A DNA stretch of 64,000 nt, taken from NCBI GenBank assembly GCA_000165425.1, contig CT868507.1, positions 186,001-250,000 of the forward strand, written 5' to 3'. Positions 54,678-64,000 of the stretch are shown here, piece by piece (position 1 is the first letter of the stretch; each line of letters begins with the position of its first letter). Both the position numbers and the translations under genes were made by a program. The DNA comes from Paramecium tetraurelia. Lineage: Eukaryota. The notes beneath the pieces are model-generated. The model was not told the origin of the DNA and did no database searches. It saw only the letters and a list, made by a program, of their open reading frames with translations.

Positions 54678-55479
54678 TCAAATAATTTATTCGTATTTCT
54701 TTTTTTTTAAGATAGCAAGCTCCTTAAATTTAGTCTCGACGACCTTTTTGAACTTCTTTTGCTAAGAGGATTTACTTTTAAGACTATTCCTGGCATTAAT
54801 GAACCAGTTTAAGACCTATATATAATATTGATTCCGACTTACTTATTTGTTAGAGAGACTTGTTAATTGAACTAATTATTCAACTTATTATTGCTTTGGA
54901 TATGGATTATTGTAGTTTTCAATTAACCATTTTTTTAGTATCATATTAGCTTATTTAGAGTAGGTCCTTTTAGAGTTAACTAAGTAATAAATAAAATTGG
55001 AATGTACTTGGGTAGTTGGATAATAATTTTAGTTTCTATATGTCTTCATAGAGTTTTATTTTGTTTTATATTTGAGTAGTGACTTCTTCAAAAAATTAGG
55101 TTGTTTAAGTTTATGTAAAAGTACTATATATTTTATCATCAATTATTCTCGATTTCAGTGTATCAAAAAACTTTTTCAGTAGAGTGTTCTTGTCAACTGT
55201 CTGCAATATAATGTGAAAATAATTACATTAGTTTCTTCTGTGCATTCCACATCAATAGGATCATTTTTTTTATTCGTTTCTTCATTCTAGCTTTATCCAG
55301 TCTGTTACTATGTTATCCAAGTAATCCAAATATTTTCAAGTGTTTTCATATCTGACAATGCTTTTTGTGCCTTAGCTTTATTAACTAGAAGTTTGAAATA
55401 TTCTGAAAGTACCTTATTACTAAAGTTATAGGCATGATGATTCTTTCATGCCATCTTCTATTATGGATTGGAATTGCAT
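54678..55479 (-). CDS. TALE-class (KN/TGIF-type) homeodomain protein with an apparent +1 insertion near the 5' end
   Basis: ILKKWLIENYNNPYPKQQQVEQLVQLTSLSNKQ|VLNWFINARNS; three tiny introns; extra A at ~55445 (alternative start 55349). Confidence 0.85.
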
Positions 55480-56429
55480 ATCTGCAGAGGATCTTTTTTT
55501 ATTTTTAAAATTGATTAAATTTAAGTCAAAATTTTACTGATTAATAGCATATCAGCATAACACATGGATGACGTCGTATTAGATTCGATATAATACGCAA
55601 GCAGTTAACGAATGATTTTTTGATATTATATATAATAATTGAATTTTATATCAATAATTTTAAGTATTAAATAATTAAGAAATATTTAATTATTTAATTA
55701 TTATTGATTTCGCATAATATATTTAAGTCATTTTAACATAATTTTAGTTTAAGCCAATCAAATAATTATTTTAACTCCTTTATCAGATTTATTATTGATT
55801 TCCTCTAGATTAAATGCATAATTTTCAACATGTTTGTGAGCAGTAAATTTAAAGTTGACACGCAATACAATATTATTGAAGAGTGATCCATTATTTCAAT
55901 TAGAATGCTTGAATAGTTCTTGCAATAAAGCTTTTTATACTTGATGGATCAAAAGCAAATGGAAGTTTTTAAGATCTAGATCTTGATTATATTATTTATA
56001 TTCTCAGCAATTATTATTTTTCAAAAATTGACTTTTTTATAATATAATCATATATTTGTAAGTGTTAATAATAAATATATTTAAAAGAATTTGCTTTCGA
56101 AGTAGAAAATAAAACTACTAAAAGGAATTATAATTTTTTTCTCAATATTTAGAAATTGAGAACTTAAGTAAATATACATTACTAAGGAGTGAAATGTCTT
56201 CATAAAAATTATTATTTAAAAATATAGTTTAAAGTAAATCGAAGATAAAATAATGAACCCTTCATAATTTAATTATACTAATAACGCGGTTAGTATTATT
56301 TAGATATTTTTAAACTGATATTCATTAGATAATAGAAAAAATAAATTGTTAATAAATTCAAAATATTTAATCTAATAAATTTTTCAATATTATTATGAAA
56401 GATTTTATGTAGTTATATTGTTTAAGATT

Positions 56430-56900
56430 AATGAAAAAGATTTATTATTAATTAAGGCAATAGTAATTGGTTTATGTATTATTTTAGTTAATAATGATTA
56501 GAGAATTCTTGAAAGTTAATACAGAAAATTGTTTTGATCTAATAACCATGAATGTGAGAACCTTGATGAAACTGATAGAAATGGTGGCAAGTCATTATTA
56601 TAGATTGCAATAACAACTATAATTTAACACTAATCAAAGCATTATTAATAAAGAAGGTTGATGTTAATTTTCAGAATAAAATTGATAAGAGTACTCCTTT
56701 ATTTGTGTCAATTTTATTAACTTTTTGGAGGCAGAATATAAAACAAAATAAAAAAAGAATTGGGGGCTGATGAAGATATCTTGTAAAAGAAAGAAGATAC
56801 AAAAAATAGGTTTAGGATGTTGGCCATCTTTACAGCAATTATCCTGGGGGCCTATTTATTTTTTATTGTATATATACAAAATTCATAGATTTTTTATTTT
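56430..56900 (+). pseudogene. Degenerate ankyrin-repeat gene with a C-terminal TM helix
   Basis: DETDRNGGKSLLQIA / LIKALLIKKVDVNFQNKIDKSTPLF / ELGAD broken by a frameshift (~56612) and an upstream TGA; hydrophobic tail. Confidence 0.45.
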
Positions 56901-57142
56901 TGTAAATGTTGAATTTGATAATACTCTAATATATAGAATAACATGAGCATAGTTATCCATAAAGAGATTAATTATATTTAAATATGAAATTAGTTTGTAT
57001 TAAGAATCATTTCAGGTTTTAAATACTTATTTGCTCTTTACTTTTCTTCATTGAATTATTCTCTTAGTTTGACTCTCATGGTGATTATGATTTTATTGAA
57101 TGAATTTATTGTAAAGATGTTAACCATTTAATAATAAAATAA

Positions 57143-57906
57143 ATGAATAAACGTGATATTCTGTTATAAGCACGTGAAGGGTATGAACTATTATTTTAAT
57201 GTAGTCGTAAACAATCTGAATAGTAACTCAGTCTTCTAATGAATCGAATAAACCTTATTTAATAAAACCAACTTAAAGTCATTCGAAGGATTAAATTACA
57301 ATAGAAGTCTGTTGAAATGAAGCAATTCATACAGTCCGAGCATGATTCATTTAATTAGAGTGTTATATACACATTATTATGATAGAGACTAATTTAGAAT
57401 ATTCAGAAATTATAGTAATTACAGCGGACTTAACTAATGGCAAAAACAAAAAAGTAATAAAGTGAGGAGGGACGTAAGAAAACTTAAGAGCAATAAAAAT
57501 GGATTAAGCAAAAGGAGACTTAGAACTTGAAAATTAGGAAGCTTGAATTAGAGAGACAAATACAGCAATAAAAGGAGTCAGAATTAATTAAAAATATTGT
57601 CAGACACAACAAACTAAAATAAGAGAGAGCATAATCACAAATTAAATTGAGAATCAGATAGAAATCAAACGAAGAACTCAGAAATAAGGAATATTCATAA
57701 TTATTAGAAGTTGAATGTCAAAAAAGAATATAGACAGAATAATCCATTCAAAAACTAGAGTAGAAGGAATAATTATTGATTTAAGAACTTTAAACATCTT
57801 AATAGTTAAGTTCGACCTACTCTCGTTAATTGGTATTACTCCTTATCCATTTTAGGATCCTAGAAATATTACTAAAATTAGAGCAAAGTCGTACTATTTC
57901 TAATGA
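57143..57906 (+). CDS. Hypothetical coiled-coil protein
   Basis: MNKRDILLQARE, tiny GTA..TAG intron, LLMNRINLI, Q/E/K-rich. Confidence 0.5.
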
Positions 57907-59409
57907 TTATTTTATATTATTTAAGCAGCAATTATTTAATCTAACAATCATGTTTGTTTTAATAAATTGAAATCAATTAATTAATTAGTATAATATTCTA
58001 TTTTTATTGGTTTAATAAGACAAACTAAAATATTGTTTTATCCTTATTTATTTCTAATGTAATTTATCTCATTTATAAAATATATATATTCTATAAAGAA
58101 TATAAAAGTGAAATTGTATATCATAATGAGTTTAAAGTATTCTATTGGAATTTAATTGACGATACTGAAATTAGAATATTCAAAATAATAAAAAAAATCA
58201 AAAACTGCTTTGTTTAATAAGAATCAAAATTTTCATTTCTCAAATGGCTAAATTCGATATAACCCTTTTGAAATTGCTATAAAACTTAACTTCAATACTC
58301 TAATATTTATTTCAAAAAAATAGTATTAAATTAGAAAATGAAAGAGGAATCATGCAATATTATAAATAAAACATTTCTATATTTAATCTTGCAAAATAAA
58401 ATGGTTTAAAGATTTGATAAATCAGTTGTATGAGCCCTTAAACTATAAAAAAATGAATTTCTTACAATTTCTATTATCATATTTGATTGCAGAAACAGAA
58501 TATTCTTACATTCTAACGATACTGAAGAAAGAGACAATCATTTTAAAGAATATAGATTCATGAATACAGACAATAATTATAAATCACTCTCAAAAATAAT
58601 GTGTAAAATTAAAAAAAGTCAATCATAAAATGTAAAATAACACTTCAATTGCTGATATTAAACTCCATTCTTAAATATCAACAATAGAAAATGTGATAAA
58701 ACCCCATTCTCAAAATAATGAATATTATTTTTATAATCAATAAATTCATTTAAATAATAGTTATATTTTTTATTGATAAGATACTTTAAAATTGAAAATT
58801 ACAACCCTAATTTAGATATAAAATTAAATTAATTTTAATAAGAAGAATCCGTTTAACAACTATATTAAAATGAGATAGTATACTCAAATCTAGTGATCTC
58901 CATTATTAATTAGTTAAAGAGAATGACAATGAATAAATCCTGAATTGAGAGTTTACACGAGTAAAATAAGAAAATGTAAACTATAATAAGAGATTAGAAT
59001 ATTAAGGAAGTTATGAAAGGCATATTTAATTAAATGTTTAGCATTAGTTTTCTGATTATAAGAAGGAGCCAGTGAATTCTATCCAGTACCTAAACTATAC
59101 TTATTCCACCTTAAAAATAGATATATTTGATAGATAAGTGAATTAGATGAATGATGAACTATCTGTTAATCATCAAATAATGAATATTAATAATGAAGAG
59201 ATGGCAGAAATATTGATAAAGAAATTAGAACTCATTTGATTAAACAATTGAATACTAGAAAGAGAGACATTGAAAAGAAGAGGATTAAGATTTGAGTAAT
59301 AATTAATTTGATATTGAAAAATATCAACTCCCTTATATCATAATTTCTTCGGTTTTATAAAAAAGTTTAATGAAGAATTTACGCCTTTTATTTATTATTA
59401 TTATTAAAA

Positions 59410-60971
59410 ATGGAAACTGATCCAATGAATGTTACATAAAATCAGACATAAACTAGACGTCATTATCCTAAAGATGTTCAAGTAACTTAATATCTGTCAT
59501 AAAAAGGGTTTAAAATCGGAATGGTATGGAATTGAACATCATTTGTAAGAGATTGGATTAGACATTTAGCGAAATGAAAGGGAAATTTTGAATCTAAGAA
59601 AAAAAGAATTATTGTATGAGATTGTTATTTCATTCTTTTAGGACTGAATTGGATCGCAAAATGCTTGAGTAATTGTAGATTAAGTAGAAGGAATTAGAGT
59701 AGAAATATGAAGATGCGCAAGAAATGAAAAGGAGACAATTGAAATTCTAAGAGGAACAGAGAAAATTCTTAGAAGATAGGGCTATATTGCAAAAAGGCAT
59801 CTCTTCCATCTATGACAAATAAAAATAAGATTCCTTAATTAGAGAAATGGATATGAGACAATAAAAGTTAGAGTGGGAATAGTAGGCTTTGGAAGAGAAT
59901 AGAAGGAGAATGGAATAGGATTTCCTATAGAGGAGATTGCAGAAGGAGCAATGGGCTAAAGAACAAGATGCAGACTTGAAACTATCTTAGTTAAGACATA
60001 TGGAAGAAAGAGAGAGATATAGAAGTGATTAAATTGAAATTCAGGAATTAAATAGAAGAAATGCAGAAAAAGAATTAATCAAAGAGGAAAACTATAAAAA
60101 CGTATCAAAATCAAATCTAATTAATAGTTTTACAGACTCTGCTCCCAAAATTAAGCTTAATTGTAGAAAATGCATATTGACAATGTTCTGTAGCCTTTGT
60201 TAGAGAGGTAAGCCTAATTGGAGTCATTGATTGCTAAAAATATGGATGCTTATCAAAGAAAACTACTTCAAGATGAATTAGATCGAGTATTGAAGAGGCA
60301 AGAGGAGTGTAGATCAACACTTAATGTGAATAAAAAGATTTTGGATGAAAGAGAGTAAGGAAAATATCAGGAGAAGAGTGTTAAATAGGAGTTGAATAAA
60401 TAAAGATTAGAAGATGTAAAGTCTTATGCTATTTTATTAGCTTTAAAATTACAATCAATTCTTAGTTTAAAAGAAAGTTGATTAAGTAGAATAGCAAAGA
60501 TAATACAAAGAATATTTAGATCAGTAAAGAATCGAAAAGTATCAATTATATTTTATTAAAGAGAGGAACAAAGACTGAAACAACTTAGAATGGGAAGATA
60601 AGAGAAATCTATGAATATGTTGGATTTGCAGGCATATAAAAATTAAGATGCATAACTAAATGCGAAGATTATTGGATGGTCACCATAAGTTGGGTATTTT
60701 TCTGTTCATTCTATGTAGTTAATTACCACCAAAATAAGATTATTTATTAAAATAACAATCTCTAACTTAATTAAAGCAGGATGAGATGAATACAATTAAC
60801 TAAAATTTGAGTAATGTTTCTTAAGTCAGTCGAGGACAGGCTTTAAGAGGAGCAGGATAAAATGCAATTCATTAGAATCACAATCCAGTTACAAATCCTA
60901 TTCCATTTAATAATCAGAATCCTTACATATAGAAATAATATGAGTAAATGATTAGACCAAGACCTTATTGA
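59410..60971 (+). CDS. Trichohyalin-like coiled-coil protein, probably ciliary or cytoskeletal
   Basis: E/Q/R/K-rich helices, several tiny introns, C-terminal HNPVTNPIP..NPYI. Confidence 0.7.
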
Positions 60972-61259
60972 AATTTATTCATATTCAATAATAATGTTTC
61001 ATATCATATACTCTATTATCAATTGATTAAAAGTAAACTATTAAAATTTCAACTAAGTTATCATCTTAATATTATTTAAAACATAAATGCTTGAATTGCT
61101 AAAATTTTTATTAATAAATTTTAAATATCAAAATGAATTTTTAATAACCATTTCATTAATGTATTATGATAATTTGAGATAAAGTAGAGGAATATGATAA
61201 ATTGTTAATTAATAATATTAACTACTCCTTTAGAATATAAAATAATTGTTTTATAAATT

Positions 61260-62999
61260 ATGAAAGCCTTACGTAACCTCCTTAATAAAGACTACGAAGA
61301 CTTTCTGCAGCAAAAACATGATTAAAATAATCAGAATAAGCTGGTAACTAAAAGAACTGTTGCGACTAGGGAATCAGGGAGACCCGTTGGATCTCGAATG
61401 TACTAAAGAATTTCAAAACCTGAATCAGCTAGTTAAAGTATGGGAAATCTATTTGCAAATGGGAAAGGTAGTTTATTCACAAGTTCAAAACATTCTATTT
61501 AATAGGAGGCAAGTCCATAACTAACTGAATTATAAGAAAAATTTTTAGTTAAGCAATATTGGAGATCTTTACTTCGTTGGCAAGGATTTGATGATTATTT
61601 GTTCTTGAGAGATCCTTTGTATATAAAACACATAAAAGGGAGGGATATTTTAACAAAGAATGATGTAGTTGAGGAATTGAATTCATCAAATATGCATATG
61701 CAAGTAATGTATTAAGCAGACAGTGGAATGCAAGAATATAAAGATTAACATAGAAGATCGCAGATGCAATAATTATAGAAATTATATTAACCTGGAGAAG
61801 CTAATTATTAGAAATTTAATCCAGATAAATATAAGTAGACATTTTTCGGTGGGAGAGACGCAGCTAAATTACAATAGATAGTTTTTGAGAATCCAAAGTT
61901 TGTAGAGTTTATTGAAAAGATACAAAAGTTATTACAGATTATGAATGAGAAGATGGTTGTTGAGGAAGTTAATTAGATTTCACCTATTGGGGAGAGAATG
62001 ATTAGATTGTTGTGGAAAATAGGATGTTTGAACATGTTTTTAGTTGGTTATTACATTCATAATATGATATTGGAAATATATGGCAAGGAGAAATTGGCAT
62101 ATTCCAATTGGAAAAAGGTATTGAGAATTTGTAATATGCAAGGGAATCACTGTCATAAATATAAATTAATAGCATATAAGCATATATCTAAGATTTGTAT
62201 TAAGCTTTAGTAGTATGACAAAAGTTTAATTTACCTCAAGAAAATGCTGAAATTGTCATGGATAGTCAATGATACTAACTATGAGATATTTACTTATGAT
62301 AAAATTTCATTGTGCTATTATTACAAATAAGATATGAATAAAGCCATCTATTATCATGAAAAATTTGCATAAGGGGAATATGAAGAACCAGGTAAAGGCA
62401 TGAGAAATGTAGGCGAGGCAGCCTATTTGTTAGATGCCAAAACTAAAGAAGGATTTATTGATCAAAATTCCTATTCTGAAGATGAATATGATTTAGATGT
62501 ATTATTACAGAATGGTAATCTTAATAAGTGGGAAACAGAGAATAAGAGGAAGGATCTGAAAATATTGGTTAAGAAAATACCTATAGAATATAAGAAGGGA
62601 CATAGTTTTGGTAAAATTCATAGGCCAACTAATAAAGTCATTGATTTTAGGCATGCTATGTTAATACTACATCAATTTTAAAATAAATAATCTGTTCCTT
62701 TAGGACCTATTTATTAGAAAGAAGTACAAGAATAGTAAGAGTAGACTGCTAAAAAGTTTAAAAAGAAAGACTAAACTCAATCTTGCCAATATTTATTTAA
62801 TCAAAAAAGCACAAATAGAGTTGCATCAAACTTTTTACTATAAGAGGAAATTAAAGATTAAACCACCGGAGACACTTTGTGTTTTAAACCATCTGAAAAT
62901 GTTTACTATATCAAAAAAATGATCAGAGTCTTTTAATATGATCTTAAGCATTTATTATAGAAATAATCTCTTTTCAAAAACTCCACTGATTGTATATGA
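61260..62999 (+). CDS. TPR-like repeat protein
   Basis: AYKHISKICIKLQQYDKSLIYLKKMLKLSW..YDKISLCYYYKQDMNKAIYYHEK. Confidence 0.7.
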
Positions 63000-64000
63000 T
63001 AATAATTATATGTTAATTTATTTATACATTAATAATTAAACCTAATGTTCATATGAGAATGATATTTAGTAGAAGAAGCTAAGGTTAGAAGTAATGAAAG
63101 ATAATCTTTGACTTAGTAAGTAATCTAATAATCAGAGACTTAACACAATAATTAATTTCTTTATTTTTTTTTATGAACTGCATCGTTTTAATCTAATGTA
63201 ATCATCAGATACTGTAGAAATATGATATACTGTACATAGAAAAAGCGAATGTAGTTTAGTTATAAATTTTTATGGATGAGAAATTTGATTACTTAATAGA
63301 AGAGTCTTTCATCATTATTAATAAAAATAATGATATTACAGAAACACAACAATTAAAAAAAAGTAAGACTAATAACAAGGGATATTATGGAAAGATGATT
63401 GAATATTAATATGGTTATTATATAATGGGAATTCAATTTTAAGAATAATCCAAAAAGATAAGAAATACTAGTTTGAGAACATCTAATGAATGTTGATAAT
63501 AAATTTTGGATTAATCTTAATGATCATTTTCTTTTTAGATTAGAATTTTTAATTTAAACTCGTTTATCTTTCTAGATTATAAAGATGCACTGTAAAGTTT
63601 AATTTAAATTTAAAGCAATGAAAAATTATATTGATAATTAAAAAATGATAAACAAAAAAAAGGAGTTTATCATCATAACTGATTTCATAATTAAAAGTAT
63701 TATGAGAATCATATTCAAAGATCAGTTTTGATATAAATCTAATGATTTAAAAATTTTTACATTGCTCTTTTTTTATTTTTTAAAAAATGGCATGTAAGAT
63801 CTATATATTCCTTAATATTTATTAAAATTGGCTAAGGACCCTTGCAATTATTTGATTACTGGTAATTAATCTAATCATTTAGTTAAAGAATTTAAGGCTT
63901 ATTCTTAAATTTGAATGTTGAGATGTTATGCGTCATCATCCAAAATTAAAATTAATTTATTATTTATAAACATTCTACAATGAATAAGAAATATTATCAA

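Noticed and set aside
55446..55448. In-frame UGA upstream of the homeodomain as a recoding site
   Set aside because: A single extra A explains it and matches the window-wide +1 pattern; the nearby hairpin is upstream and lacks the SECIS GA quartet.
61468..61505. Second oversized intron (38 nt) in the TPR gene
   Set aside because: An internal GTT donor gives a normal 23-nt intron in the same frame.

Overview
This is very AT-rich, gene-dense ciliate macronuclear DNA, almost certainly Paramecium (P. aurelia complex). Genes read through only if TAA/TAG = Gln and TGA is the sole stop (translation table 6), and they are split by 20-34 nt GT..AG introns, so the supplied ORF track (which stops at TAA/TAG) shows only fragments. 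Hand translation gives about 40 genes. They include a Cys-rich repeat protein, a PX-domain protein, CCDC47, a CDF transporter, Derlin, an HTH protein, CDPK, SRPK, two trichocyst matrix proteins, a RING E3, a NEK-like pseudokinase, Alba, a USP, ATG3, a PLP fold-II protein, an AN1 zinc finger, a hybrid histidine kinase, an anoctamin, SPOUT1, eIF3j, two class-3 lipases and a TALE homeobox gene, plus probable pseudogenes and one 150-nt N gap. The most striking feature is an operon-like minus-strand chain at 39850-47803: eIF3j, 20 bp, SPOUT1, ATGA overlap, anoctamin, ATGA overlap, hybrid histidine kinase. The anoctamin is intronless, has an ankyrin / TMEM16 / coiled-coil / B-box / EF-hand architecture and a remodelled Ca2+ site. 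A canonical 20-nt GTA..TAG cryptic intron would fuse it in frame to the kinase. Other notable items are a 73-nt intron in an HTH gene, a 43-bp palindrome at the frameshift of a pseudogene, and recurrent +1 homopolymer insertions that are probably assembly errors. No tRNA, rRNA, CRISPR array, telomeric repeat or intact transposon was recognised. All translations were done by eye and no databases were searched.
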